The notes below the pieces were generated by a model that searched no databases, had not been told where the DNA came from, and saw only the letters and a program-made list of their open reading frames with translations. This document shows, one piece after another, positions 9,801 to 19,629 of a stretch of DNA of 64,000 bases. Positions within the stretch are counted from its first letter, which is position 1; each line of letters begins with the position of its first letter. The translations under genes and the position numbers were made by a program. The DNA is taken from assembly GCA_900617105.1 (NCBI GenBank), contig UYFQ01000842.1, positions 1-64,000 on the forward strand. The letters are read 5' to 3'. This DNA is from Hydrurus foetidus. Taxonomy: Eukaryota.

Positions 9801-11586
9801 CCTGGGTGTGCTGCTCGATGTTGCGCAGCTTGGCCATGTCGGCAAAGTCCAGAATCGGCTGCGCCACTTCCAGCCGCATGGGCGGGTTGACCTGGTTGAT
9901 GTCCAACAGGTTGGGCTTGGGACCGATGAAGGACACCAGCGACATCACGATGGCTTCGCGGATCGGATCGATGGGTGGGTTGGTCACCTGTGCGAACAAC
10001 TGCTTGAAGTAGCTGTACAGCGGCTTGTTCTTGTCGCTCAAAACGGCCAGCGGGCTGTCGTTGCCCATGGAGCCAATGGCTTCTTCACCAGCGCTGGCCA
10101 TGGGGGCGATCAGGAACTTCAAGTCTTCCTGGGTGAAACCAAAGGCTTGCTGGCGGTCCAGCAAGGACACTTCGCTCTCAACGGCGGATGCGGGCTCACC
10201 GCCGCCTTGCACGTCGTCCAGTTTGATGCGCAGGTTCTCGATCCACTGCTTGTAGGGCTTGCTATTGGCGAGGTTGGACTTGAGTTCCTCGTCGTCAATC
10301 ATGCGGCCTTGTTCCAGATCGATCAGGAACATCTTGCCGGGCTGCAAGCGCCATTTGCGAACGATTTTGTTCTCGGGCACAGGCAGTACGCCGGACTCGG
10401 AACCCATGATGACGAAGTCGTCATCGGTGATGCAGTAGCGCGAAGGGCGCAGGCCGTTGCGGTCCAGCGTGGCGCCGATCTGGCGGCCGTCGGTGAACAC
10501 GATGGAGGCCGGGCCGTCCCACGGCTCCATCATCGCAGCGTGATATTCATAGAAGGCCTTGCGGCGCTCGTCCATGGTGGTGTGCTGTTCCCAAGGCTCG
10601 GGAATCATCATCATCACGGCCTGGCTGATGGGGTAGCCAGCCATGGTTAGCAGTTCCAGGCAGTTGTCGAACGTGGCGGTGTCGGACTGGTCGGCAAAGC
10701 TGATGGGGTAGAGCTTTTGCAGGTCAGCGGCCAGCACGGGGGACGACATCACGCCTTCGCGCGCTTTCATCCAGTTGTAGTTGCCCTTGACGGTGTTGAT
10801 TTCACCGTTGTGTGCCACATAGCGGTAGGGGTGGGCCAACGGCCACTCGGGGAATGTGTTGGTCGAGAACCGCTGGTGCACCAGGCCCAGCGCGGACACG
10901 CATCGCGCGTCTTCCAGGTCACGGAAGTAAACACCAACTTGGTCCGCCAGCAGCAGGCCCTTGTAGACCACGGTGCGGCTGGACATGCTGGGAACGTAGT
11001 ATTCCTTGCTGTGCGTGAGCTGCAGGTTCTGGATGGCGGCGCTGGCGGTCTTGCGGATCACGTACAGCTTGCGCTCCAGCGCGTCCTGCACGATCACATC
11101 GTTGCCACGGCCAATGAAGACCTGGCGCAGGATGGGTTCTTTTGCGCGCACGGTGGGCGACATGGGCATGTCACGGTTCACCGGCACATCGCGCCAGCCC
11201 AAGAACACCTGGCCCTCGGCCTTGATGGCGCGTTCCATCTCCTGCTCGCAAGCCAGGCGGGAGGCGTGTTCCTTGGGCAGGAAGATCATGCCTACGCCGT
11301 ACTCACCGGGTGGCGGCAGGGTCACGCCCTGGGCCGACATTTCTTCGCGGTAGAGCGCATCCGGCAACTGAATCAAGATACCCGCGCCATCACCCATCAG
11401 GGCGTCGGCTCCCACGGCACCCCGGTGGTCCAGGTTTTCGAGGATCTTGAGCGCGTTCTTGACAATGTCGTGGCTCTTTTCGCCGCGAATATGTGCCACA
11501 AAACCTACGCCGCACGCATCGTGCTCATTGGCGGAGGAATACAAACCGTGGTCTTTGAGGTGTTGGATTTCGGCTGCCGTGGTCAT
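6861..11586 (-). CDS. gltB: Glutamate synthase large subunit; 3' part frameshifted around 7520-7815
   Basis: EHDACGVG Ntn amidotransferase start, [39 protein letters not shown]; the GXGXG C-terminal domain continues in ORF 6861..7538. Confidence 0.95.
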
Positions 11587-11650
11587 GGCGCACTCCTGAA
11601 AATTACAGTGGGGCTCAAGAATACTGCAATGCAACAAGAGTGCCAAGCAC

Positions 11651-11713
11651 AATAAATGGGGTCAGATTCTAATTATTTGTTGAATGTTTTCATCGAGAAA
11701 TAAATGGGGACAT
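11651..11713. promoter_or_regulatory. Direct repeat AATAAATGGGG (x2) in the AT-rich spacer upstream of gltB and downstream of the Y1-HUH gene
   Basis: Identical 11-mers at 11651-11661 and 11699-11709, continuing as GGGGTCAG and GGGGACAT. Confidence 0.5.
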
Positions 11714-11765
11714 ATCAAAAATGATAGCTGCTAGCGCAATAAAATCGGGGGCTAGAGGCCGATTT
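11712..11765 (+). repeat. 55-bp palindromic repeat family, copy 1 (5' end eroded)
   Basis: ATATCAAAAATGATAGC-TGCTAGCGC-AATAAAAT-CGGGGGCTAGAGGCCGATTT; ends 5 nt from the stop codon of the Y1-HUH gene. Confidence 0.8.
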
Positions 11766-11770
11766 GGCAC

Positions 11771-12463
11771 CTAGCTTTCGGCACTAGAGGGTCTGCCAGG
11801 GCTGCTTTTGCTGAGCCGCCGAGGGGTTTTCATTTGGAGTTCGGACAGAAAACCCTCCTCCCCCAAAGCCCAGCCGCGCAGCACCGCGTCCGTCAAAGCC
11901 GCCTGCTGGCCCTGGCTGATGCCGTTTTGCACCAATTGGGCGTACGCGGCTTCGCGAGCGAAAGGCGTGTTGCCAAGGTTCCAGACCAAGGGATGGGGGG
12001 TGATCAGTTTGTCGGCCTGCAGGCCACTGTAGTGGCCGTGGCTGGACCACTGGTAGTCGCACGCTTGCGCCACCAGGCCTGCGCGCACGGGGTTCAGGTC
12101 GATGTAGGCCATGCAGGCCAGCAGGTACCGATCGGTCTCGATCAGGGTGGATTTGTAGCGCCCTTCCCATAGCGTGCCCGTGCGCTGGTAGCGGTCGTTG
12201 AAGTAGCGCACATAGCTGCGACCTACCGACTGCATCATCTTTGGCAGGGCCTCGTCGGTGGATGGCGTGGCCAGCAGGTGAAAGTGGTTGTCCATCAGCA
12301 CGTAGGCGTGGAGGGATATGCCGAACTTGCGGGCGTTCTCGTAGAACAAAGCCTGCAAGGTCTGGAAGTCTGCCGTGTCCAGGCAAATGGGCTGGCGGTT
12401 ATTGCCCCGCTGAACAACGTGGTGCGGGTAACCCGCGAGGGTCAAACGGGGAAGGCGTGCCAT
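11771..12463 (-). CDS. Stand-alone Y1 HUH endonuclease / REP-associated tyrosine transposase (RAYT-like, IS200-superfamily fold)
   Basis: HVVQRGNNR, HAYVLMDNHFHLL (HUH = HFH), LWEGRY, YIDLNPVRAG (putative catalytic Tyr), YQWSS; no adjacent tnpB. Confidence 0.9.
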   Translation of the reverse strand: MARLPRLTLAGYPHHVVQRGNNRQPICLDTADFQTLQALFYENARKFGISLHAYVLMDNHFHLLATPSTDEALPKMMQSVGRSYVRYFNDRYQRTGTLWEGRYKSTLIETDRYLLACMAYIDLNPVRAGLVAQACDYQWSSHGHYSGLQADKLITPHPLVWNLGNTPFAREAAYAQLVQNGISQGQQAALTDAVLRGWALGEEGFLSELQMKTPRRLSKSSPGRPSSAES

Positions 12464-12482
12464 GGGCGCTAGTTTGCCTCAA

Positions 12483-12500
12483 GCCAGCCGGTCGGCTGGC
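12483..12500. terminator. GC-rich hairpin between slyB and the Y1-HUH gene
   Basis: GCCAGCCG-GT-CGGCTGGC; no clear U tract. Confidence 0.35.
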
Positions 12501-12518
12501 CGGCACCCAGGACTTGCG

Positions 12519-12986
12519 TTACTTGGGCGCCTTGGTGACCCGCACCTTGCCACCCGTGGTAACAATGATCACAGAATCGCCGGCGGCCAGTAGCTCACTA
12601 CCTTTGGCCTGCACGATGGCACGGCGGTCGCCGCCCTTGAGCTGGACCAGAATTTCAACCGCATCTTCCTTGGTGGCAAATCGCTCGATGACATTGCCTG
12701 CCGCCGCACCGGCCACGCCGGCCAACACGCCCAGCACCTGCGCCTCGCGCTGCACACCGCTGCCCGAAGCGCCGCCAATGGCACCCACCACGCCGCCCAC
12801 GGCGGCACCAATACCGGACTGGCTGCCATCCACCACCACATTGCGCACGGACAGCACCACGCCGTCTTGCACCTGGGCCATGCGCTGAGCATCGCCACGC
12901 TGAATCACATCAGGGCTGCTGGTGGCGCAAGCGCCCAAGACTGCAGCCAGGGCCACGGTACCGGCCAATTTCATCCAAGTTTGCAT
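12519..12986 (-). CDS. slyB: Glycine-zipper outer membrane lipoprotein (SlyB-like)
   Basis: GGAGAG RBS before ATG 12986; lipobox LGAC; glycine zipper GAAVGGVVGAIGG / GVLAGVAGAAAG. Confidence 0.8.
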   Translation of the reverse strand: MQTWMKLAGTVALAAVLGACATSSPDVIQRGDAQRMAQVQDGVVLSVRNVVVDGSQSGIGAAVGGVVGAIGGASGSGVQREAQVLGVLAGVAGAAAGNVIERFATKEDAVEILVQLKGGDRRAIVQAKGSELLAAGDSVIIVTTGGKVRVTKAPK

Positions 12987-13033
12987 CGAGCTCTCCAAAT
13001 CATTCATTCAAAACGCAATCTGCCCATAACGCC

Positions 13034-13960
13034 TCAGGCGGGCAATGCGTTGTCTTGCGGATTGTCTTCCGGCAATGTAAACCGTGTGTCAAGCAGGGCC
13101 AACAGGCCAAATTCCTGCAAGATAGCACGCAGGCGCTGGGCCGACGCGCGTTTGCGCTGGCCGGTGTAGCGGGCCAGGATCAATTCGTTCTTCATGCTGT
13201 GCTCCCACCCCACCAGCTCGGTCACAGTGACTTGGTAACCGTGGGCCTCCAGATACAGGCAGCGCAACACATTGGTGATTTGGCTGCCCATTTCGCGCGT
13301 GTGCAGCGGATGGCGCCACAACTCTGCCAAGGGCGTGCGCGTGAGCGACAGCGCCTTGCTTTGGCTCAGGTGACGCGCCACCTCTGCCTGGCAGCAGGGC
13401 ACCAGCACGAAGGCGCGCGCCTTCTTTTGCAGGCCAAAAGCAATCGCGTCATCGGTAGCCGTGTCACAGGCGTGCAGGGCCGTGACCACATCAATCTGGT
13501 CCGGCAAGGCCACAGAATGTGTGGACTCGGCCACGCTCACATTCAGAAACGACATCCGACCAAAGCCCAATTGTTGGGCCAGCGCCCGCGATTTTTCCAC
13601 TAGCTCCGTGCGCGTCTCGATGCCGTACAAGTGGCTAGCGGGCAGATTCTTGAAAAACAGGTCGTACAGGATGAAGCCCAGGTAGGACTTGCCTGCCCCA
13701 TGGTCTGCCAGGGTGAGTGCATGTCCCTCAGGTGCAGGCAGTTCCAGCATCAGTTTTTCAATGAACTGGTACAGGTGGTAAACCTGCTTGAGCTTGCGGC
13801 GCGAGTCCTGGTTGAGCTTGCCGTCGCGGGTGAGGATGTGAAGTTCCTTGAGCAACTCTACCGATTGGCCAGGGCGCACCTCATCGGCCAAGGGGTGGGC
13901 GGCAGCTGAGGTTGACGGGGCAGCCTTGGGCGCGCGCTGGGTGTTGGGGCGGGAAGTCAT
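13034..13960 (-). CDS. Class I SAM-dependent methyltransferase (Methyltransf_32-like)
   Basis: DHGAGKSYL motif I; ALHACDTATD; VPCC. Confidence 0.85.
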   Translation of the reverse strand: MTSRPNTQRAPKAAPSTSAAAHPLADEVRPGQSVELLKELHILTRDGKLNQDSRRKLKQVYHLYQFIEKLMLELPAPEGHALTLADHGAGKSYLGFILYDLFFKNLPASHLYGIETRTELVEKSRALAQQLGFGRMSFLNVSVAESTHSVALPDQIDVVTALHACDTATDDAIAFGLQKKARAFVLVPCCQAEVARHLSQSKALSLTRTPLAELWRHPLHTREMGSQITNVLRCLYLEAHGYQVTVTELVGWEHSMKNELILARYTGQRKRASAQRLRAILQEFGLLALLDTRFTLPEDNPQDNALPA

Positions 13961-13972
13961 GAAAAGGCTTTC

Positions 13973-14542
13973 TTAGAGTGCGCTGGGCGGTGTGTGCAGA
14001 TCCAGGGCGGCCCAACCGGCGTGGCCCAGGTCTTCCAGCGTCTGCATGTTTTTCTCAAAAATCGTTTCTGCGTCGGGAAAGGCTTGCACCGCCCGGTCCA
14101 GGCTGTCTTCGCGCAACAAATGCAGGATCGGATAAGGCGCGCGGTTCGTGTAGTTGGTGATGTCATCCGGCTCAGTCCCGGAAAACTGAAACTGCGGATG
14201 GAAGCTGGCGATCTGCAGCACGCCCGCCAGTTTGATCCGCCGCAGCAACGCATCCGCCGCAGCCAAAAAGTCGTTGAAGTCCAGAAAATCGGGGTGCAGC
14301 GCGGGCGCAATCAGCAAGGTCGTATCCCGCTGCTCCGGGTCGGCTGCCTGTAGGGCGAGCAGCTCGGCTTCCAGTTGATCCAGCACCGTCTGCGCGTCAC
14401 TGCTATCGCAGACCGCGTAGTGGATTTGCCCTTTCACGTGCACCGCTTTGGCAAACGGGCACAGGTTGAGGCCAATCACCGCACGCTCCAGCCACTGCTG
14501 CGTGCCCGCAACCACGGTCTGCGGTGTTTCAAGATCGTCCAT
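13973..14542 (-). CDS. DUF1415 family protein
   Basis: WLERAVIGLNLCPFA, QIASFHP and NYTNRAPYPILHLLRE motifs. Confidence 0.88.
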   Translation of the reverse strand: MDDLETPQTVVAGTQQWLERAVIGLNLCPFAKAVHVKGQIHYAVCDSSDAQTVLDQLEAELLALQAADPEQRDTTLLIAPALHPDFLDFNDFLAAADALLRRIKLAGVLQIASFHPQFQFSGTEPDDITNYTNRAPYPILHLLREDSLDRAVQAFPDAETIFEKNMQTLEDLGHAGWAALDLHTPPSAL

Positions 14543-14545
14543 ACC

Positions 14546-15742
14546 CTACTCCACCAGCAGGCGCCGCCCGGTCAGGCGCTCATGCTCTCGAAGCGCGAAC
14601 CGGTCGGTCATACCGGCGATGTAGTCAGCGATAGTGCGGCGGAACGCGCTGGCATCACCCACCGCCTGCTGTGCGGCCAGCGCATGCGCGCCTGCGCCGC
14701 CCTGCATATGGGCGGGGGCCTGGCTGTAGGCATCGAAGAGCTCGCGCACCACCTGCTTGGCCGCATCCATGGTCTGCACCACCTGGGGATGGCGATAGAG
14801 CTGACGAAAGAGAAAGGACTTCAGCACCTTGGACTGTGCCCCCATGTCGGGAGTGAAACTGACCAAGGCGGGGCAGGCGCGCACGTCTTGCACACTGTGC
14901 GGCGTGTGCTCGTTCAATGCAGCCTGTGTGGCAGCGATCACGTCGTACACCTGATCACTGAGCATCAGGCGGATGGATTCGTATAGCAAGCGCCGCGACT
15001 GCCCAGCCTCTGCCAACGCCGGGTGCTGGTGCAAAGCAGCCTGGCAATAACCGTCAAACAACGGAACTTCCTGCATCTGGGCCAACGTCAACAAACCCGA
15101 GCGCACCCCATCATCAATGTCGTGCGCGTTATAGGCAATTTCGTCAGCCACATTGCACAGCTGGGCCTCCAGACTGGGCTGGGTGTGGTTCAGAAAACGC
15201 TGCCCTACCCCACCTGCGCCATCGGCAAACCTTGGCTCCTTCGCCTCCAGCAGTTCTGCATTGGTGCGTGAGCAGTGTTTCAGAATGCCCTCGCGCGATT
15301 CAAAGCTCAGGTTCAAGCCATCGAACTGCGGATAGCGCTCTTCCAGATGGTCCACCACGCGCAGGCTCTGCAGGTTGTGTTCAAAGCCCCCAAACGGCAC
15401 CATGCAGCCGTGCAGCGCGTCTTGACCGGCGTGGCCAAACGGCGTGTGGCCCAGGTCATGGGCCAGTGCAATGGTCTCCACCAAATCTTCGCTCAAACCC
15501 AGCGTGCGGGCAATCGAACGCCCCAGCTGCGCCACCTCCAACGAATGTGTCAACCGGGTGCGAAACAGGTCGCCCTCGTGGTTGATAAACACCTGGGTCT
15601 TGTACACGAGCCGCCGGAATGCGGTGGAGTGCACGATGCGATCGCGATCACGCTGAAACGCGGTGCGCGTGGGCGCCTGGGACTCCGCAAAGCGCCGACC
15701 GCGCGATTGGGCAGGGTCACAGGCGTAGAGCTGAAGGCTCAT
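14546..15742 (-). CDS. dgt: Deoxyguanosinetriphosphate triphosphohydrolase (HD domain)
   Basis: RDRDRIVHS, RTRLTHSLEV, HDLGHTPFGHAG, DYIAGMTD. Confidence 0.93.
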   Translation of the reverse strand: MSLQLYACDPAQSRGRRFAESQAPTRTAFQRDRDRIVHSTAFRRLVYKTQVFINHEGDLFRTRLTHSLEVAQLGRSIARTLGLSEDLVETIALAHDLGHTPFGHAGQDALHGCMVPFGGFEHNLQSLRVVDHLEERYPQFDGLNLSFESREGILKHCSRTNAELLEAKEPRFADGAGGVGQRFLNHTQPSLEAQLCNVADEIAYNAHDIDDGVRSGLLTLAQMQEVPLFDGYCQAALHQHPALAEAGQSRRLLYESIRLMLSDQVYDVIAATQAALNEHTPHSVQDVRACPALVSFTPDMGAQSKVLKSFLFRQLYRHPQVVQTMDAAKQVVRELFDAYSQAPAHMQGGAGAHALAAQQAVGDASAFRRTIADYIAGMTDRFALREHERLTGRRLLVE

Positions 15743-15746
15743 AGTT

Positions 15747-15801
15747 AAATTAGGCTATAGCCCCCATGGAATATGCGCCAGTAGCTATCATTAAAGTAGC
15801 A
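15747..15801 (-). repeat. 55-bp palindromic repeat family, copy 2
   Basis: Minus strand T-GCTACTTTAATGATAGC-TACTGGCGC-ATATTCCA-TGGGGGCTATAGCCTAATTT; fills 55 of the 60 nt between aroB and dgt. Confidence 0.88.
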
Positions 15802-15802
15802 C

Positions 15803-16912
15803 TCATGCGGCGCAGCAGGCATCAATCACTTCGCGGATCAGGGCATCTGGCGCACCGCGCACGGCCGCGTGCCCTGGACCATCAATGACCACAAAGCGGA
15901 TGTCGCCCGCCTCGGATTTCTTGTCCAGGCGCATCAACTCCAGGTAACGTCCCGCGTTGTCTTTTGCATCCAGCTGTGGCCCCACGATGGGGAGGCCAGC
16001 CTTCTGGATCAGGCCCGTCAGGCGCTCTACAAATGCCAAGTCCACCAATCCTAGCTTCTGCGACAAATGCGCCGCCATCACCATGCCGCAACCAACCGCT
16101 TCACCATGCAGCCATTCGCCATAACCCAGGCCAGCTTCGATCGCATGGCCGAAGGTATGCCCAAAGTTCAAAATCGCCCGCAGACCAGCCTCGCGCTCGT
16201 CCTGCCCAACCACCCAGGCCTTGATTTCGCAGCTGCGCCGCACGGCGTGGGCCAAGGCCACCGGGTCGCGGGCCAGCAAGGCGTCAAGGTTCACCTCAAT
16301 CCAGTCCAGGAAAGCCATATCGGCAATCGGACCGTACTTGATGACTTCCGCCAACCCGGCACTCAGTTCCCGCGTGGGCAGGGTCTTGAGCGTGTCCAGA
16401 TCGCAGACCACCAGCAGGGGCTGGTAAAAAGCGCCGATCATGTTCTTGCCCAAGGGGTGGTTGATGCCGGTCTTGCCACCCACGGAAGAATCCACCTGCG
16501 AAAGCAAGGTAGTTGGCACTTGAACAAACGGTACGCCTCGCATATAGCTGGCCGCCGCAAAACCGGTCATGTCGCCAACCACGCCACCGCCCAACGCAAA
16601 TAGGATGGTTTTTCGGTCGCAGGCCTCGGAGAGCAATGCGTCAAAAATCTGGTTGAGGGTTTGCCATGTCTTAAACACCTCGCCATCAGGCAGCGTAATT
16701 AGCTGGACGCTGGCATAGCGTACCTTCAGCGCAGAGAGCAATGCCCCGGCATACAAAGGCGCAACCGTGGTGTTGGAAACGATCACCGCGTGGCTAGCTT
16801 TAGGCAATGCGGCGTACACATCAGCAGTGCCCAGCAAACCCGTGCCCACCTGAATGGGATAGCTGCGCTCGGCCAGAGCAATATCTACGGTATGAAAATT
16901 CGGAGAGGTCAT
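15803..16912 (-). CDS. aroB: 3-dehydroquinate synthase
   Basis: [43 protein letters not shown]. Confidence 0.97.
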   Translation of the reverse strand: MTSPNFHTVDIALAERSYPIQVGTGLLGTADVYAALPKASHAVIVSNTTVAPLYAGALLSALKVRYASVQLITLPDGEVFKTWQTLNQIFDALLSEACDRKTILFALGGGVVGDMTGFAAASYMRGVPFVQVPTTLLSQVDSSVGGKTGINHPLGKNMIGAFYQPLLVVCDLDTLKTLPTRELSAGLAEVIKYGPIADMAFLDWIEVNLDALLARDPVALAHAVRRSCEIKAWVVGQDEREAGLRAILNFGHTFGHAIEAGLGYGEWLHGEAVGCGMVMAAHLSQKLGLVDLAFVERLTGLIQKAGLPIVGPQLDAKDNAGRYLELMRLDKKSEAGDIRFVVIDGPGHAAVRGAPDALIREVIDACCAA

Positions 16913-16983
16913 ACCCCCGAGTTTAGAGGGTCAGAACTGGATGAACGGTCTAGGCCGCTTCTGCGGCACAAGGCCGCTGAATG

Positions 16984-17529
16984 TCAGCAAGCGGGCAAAT
17001 GGCCCGAAAGCTCCAGCTGCATCACCACCATATTCACCAGCGTGGCGACCGACGGGCGACCGGTCTCCAGGGTGAAATGTGCCGTTTCGCGGTATAGCGG
17101 GTCGCGAATGGTGAACAGCTCACGCATGCGCGCCAAAGGGTCTGCCACCTGCAGCAACGGACGGCTCACATCATGGCGAAGCCGACGAAATAGCTCTTCT
17201 GGAGTCGATTTGAGATAGACCACATGGCTTCTGCCATGCAAATGCTCGCGGTTAGCTGGTCGCAGCACCGCCCCACCCCCAGTGGAAATCACGCATGCAG
17301 CATGCTGGGTCAGAGTGTCGACCACCTCTTCCTCAATATCGCGAAAGCGCGACTCCCCTTCCCGATCAAAGAATTCACGGATGGAACATCCCAGCCGCGC
17401 CTCAATCGCTTGGTCAGAGTCTACGAAAGGCAACCGCAATCTACGAGCCAACTGACGCCCCACCGTGGTTTTACCGGAGCCCGGCAAACCCACAAAACTG
17501 ATGCGCAACTCCGAACTCAAGCCATCCAT
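16984..17529 (-). CDS. aroK: Shikimate kinase
   Basis: GLPGSGKTT P-loop, DSD, STGGG, RPLL; upstream of aroB. Confidence 0.95.
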   Translation of the reverse strand: MDGLSSELRISFVGLPGSGKTTVGRQLARRLRLPFVDSDQAIEARLGCSIREFFDREGESRFRDIEEEVVDTLTQHAACVISTGGGAVLRPANREHLHGRSHVVYLKSTPEELFRRLRHDVSRPLLQVADPLARMRELFTIRDPLYRETAHFTLETGRPSVATLVNMVVMQLELSGHLPAC

Positions 17530-17538
17530 CCGACCCGC

Positions 17539-19629
17539 TCAACGACCGATGGCCTTGTCTGTCAGCGTCTTGGGCGTAATGAAGACCAGCATTTCGCGCT
17601 TGGTTGTCGAACGCGCCCGGTTGCGGAACAGAACCCCCACCCCTGGCAAATCCCCAAAGAACGGGACCTTGGTTTCATTTTCGGTTTGATCTTCTGTGAA
17701 GATTCCACCAATAACGACCGTTCCACCATTCTCCACAAGAACTTGGGTTTGGATGTGTTTGGTATCAATGGCAAAACCAGCAGGCGTAGATTGCCCCACC
17801 GTATCTTTGGTGATATCCAGCGCCAAAATGATGTTGCCTTCTGGCGTGATTTGCGGTGTAACTTCCAATTTCAAATTGGCCTTACGAAATGCAATAGAAG
17901 TCGCACCGCTGGAAGACGCAACTTGATAGGGCAGCTCCGTCCCTTGCTCGATCAGGGCTTTGATCTGATCCGCCGTAACAACACGGGGACTGGACACAAC
18001 CTTGCCTTTTCCGTCTGCTTCCAAAGCGGAGATTTCCAAATTCAGGAATCGGTCAGCAGCGGCACCAAAAATAGACAGTGCAATTTGCCCCGGTACGTTG
18101 GAGCCCAACGCACCTAAAGAAGGTAGATTCACAAAATTGCCAGAAGTCGTGGCGGCAGAACCGACCACATAACTCGAACCAATAGCAATACCAGGTTGAT
18201 CGCCAACCGCAGCGGCCGTACCACCACCGCCCAACTTCACACCCAGCGATTTCCCAAAACTATCGGAAGCTTCAACAATACGCGCCTCGATCATCACTTG
18301 GCGGACAGCTATGTCAATTTTGGCGATCAACTGCTGCACTTGTTCCAATTTGCTTGGAATGTCTGTCACGAACAGTTGATTGGTTCGATTCTCGTAAATC
18401 ACACTGCCACGATTGCTCAAGATACGACTTGGCGTGACGCCAGCACCCGGCCCGGAACCAGCCGCAACAAGCCCCGCCGCAATATCAGAAGCTTTCCCAT
18501 AGTTAATCTGAAAGGACTGCGTTCTCAAAGGCTCAAGATTCTGGACCGCGACTATGGTTTCCAAATCCAGTTTTTCCTTGGCCGTTATTTCGTCTTTGGG
18601 TGCAACCCACAGCACATTGCCGCTCTTGCGCATGCCCAAGCCTTTGGCTTGCAAAATAATGTCCAAAGCCTGATCCCAAGGAACGTCTTGCAATCGTAAA
18701 GTTACAGATCCGGAGACAGAGTCAGAGGTCACGATATTGAAGTTCGTGAAGTCTGCAATCACTTGCAGTAAGGAACGAACTTCAATATTTTGAAAGTTCA
18801 AGGAGAGCTTCTGACCGTTGTAGCCGGTACCCGGCGTCAGTTTCTTTGGGTCAACCTTCACTTCTTTGACTTCAATCACAAACTGCTCATCGCTTTGATA
18901 GGCACTATGCTCCCACAACCCTTGAGGCTCAATAACCATGCGGACGCGGTCACCCGACTGAGAGGATGTCACAGTCTTGATTGGCGTGCCAAAATCACTT
19001 ACGTCCAACCGACGGCGTAAACCTTCTGGAAGGGTAGATTTCATAAACTCAACCACCAGCGCCTGTCCTTGTTGGCGAATATCTACGCCAACCTGGTTAT
19101 TAGGCAATGTCACCACCACTCTACCGGCACCATCACCTGTACGACGAAAATCCAGGTCCTTCAAAGGCGCAGTATCCCGAGTGCGGTTCTCGGCGAATAC
19201 CGCTGCGGGCGCTGCATTGATGGCAACGGCGGTCTCCAAAGAAACCAGCAAGGATTTCCCTTGAATTTCGGCTTTATACGCGGCCGGTGTCTTGAGATTC
19301 AAAACCACACGGGTTCGATCACCCGCCTGCACTACGCTCACAGACCGTAAATTACCTTGATTGATTTCAATCGTGGAGCGCCCCATGGCGTTTGCCACGC
19401 CGGGAAAGTCCAAAGCAATCCGCGCAGGAGACTGAATAGCGAAACCGGTTGGCAAAGCAGCAAGCGGTTGGGACAAGTCAATGCGCACCACCTCTGTGCC
19501 ACTCTGAACAGAACCGGTGACGGATTCAATCGATGTTTGTGCATGTGCAAATCCAGTCAGACACAACAGCAACGTTACCCACAAACTTCTGAGCATTCGA
19601 AATCCTTGCAAAAAATTCTGGTTCATCAT
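17539..19629 (-). CDS. pilQ: Type IV pilus secretin PilQ
   Basis: AMIN domains, SLNFQNIEVR, VPWDQALD, QVMIEARIVEA, KVPFFGDLP. Confidence 0.96.
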   Translation of the reverse strand: MMNQNFLQGFRMLRSLWVTLLLCLTGFAHAQTSIESVTGSVQSGTEVVRIDLSQPLAALPTGFAIQSPARIALDFPGVANAMGRSTIEINQGNLRSVSVVQAGDRTRVVLNLKTPAAYKAEIQGKSLLVSLETAVAINAAPAAVFAENRTRDTAPLKDLDFRRTGDGAGRVVVTLPNNQVGVDIRQQGQALVVEFMKSTLPEGLRRRLDVSDFGTPIKTVTSSQSGDRVRMVIEPQGLWEHSAYQSDEQFVIEVKEVKVDPKKLTPGTGYNGQKLSLNFQNIEVRSLLQVIADFTNFNIVTSDSVSGSVTLRLQDVPWDQALDIILQAKGLGMRKSGNVLWVAPKDEITAKEKLDLETIVAVQNLEPLRTQSFQINYGKASDIAAGLVAAGSGPGAGVTPSRILSNRGSVIYENRTNQLFVTDIPSKLEQVQQLIAKIDIAVRQVMIEARIVEASDSFGKSLGVKLGGGGTAAAVGDQPGIAIGSSYVVGSAATTSGNFVNLPSLGALGSNVPGQIALSIFGAAADRFLNLEISALEADGKGKVVSSPRVVTADQIKALIEQGTELPYQVASSSGATSIAFRKANLKLEVTPQITPEGNIILALDITKDTVGQSTPAGFAIDTKHIQTQVLVENGGTVVIGGIFTEDQTENETKVPFFGDLPGVGVLFRNRARSTTKREMLVFITPKTLTDKAIGR

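Noticed and set aside
8866..10650. Long antisense ORFs (for example 594 aa here, 814 aa at 54737-57181, 508 aa at 61421-62947)
   Set aside because: Shadow frames opposite well-supported genes in high-GC DNA, with no recognisable motifs.
5323..11586. gltB and gltD as true pseudogenes or programmed frameshifts
   Set aside because: Lesions are many, clustered in about 2.2 kb and lack slippery motifs; sequencing error is the simpler explanation.
11771..12463. Active IS200/IS605 element or TnpB-associated system
   Set aside because: No tnpB, no paired end hairpins, and the motifs are RAYT-like.
14546..15742. dGTPase as an anti-phage defence gene
   Set aside because: Short housekeeping-type protein directly downstream of aroB, with no defence-island context.
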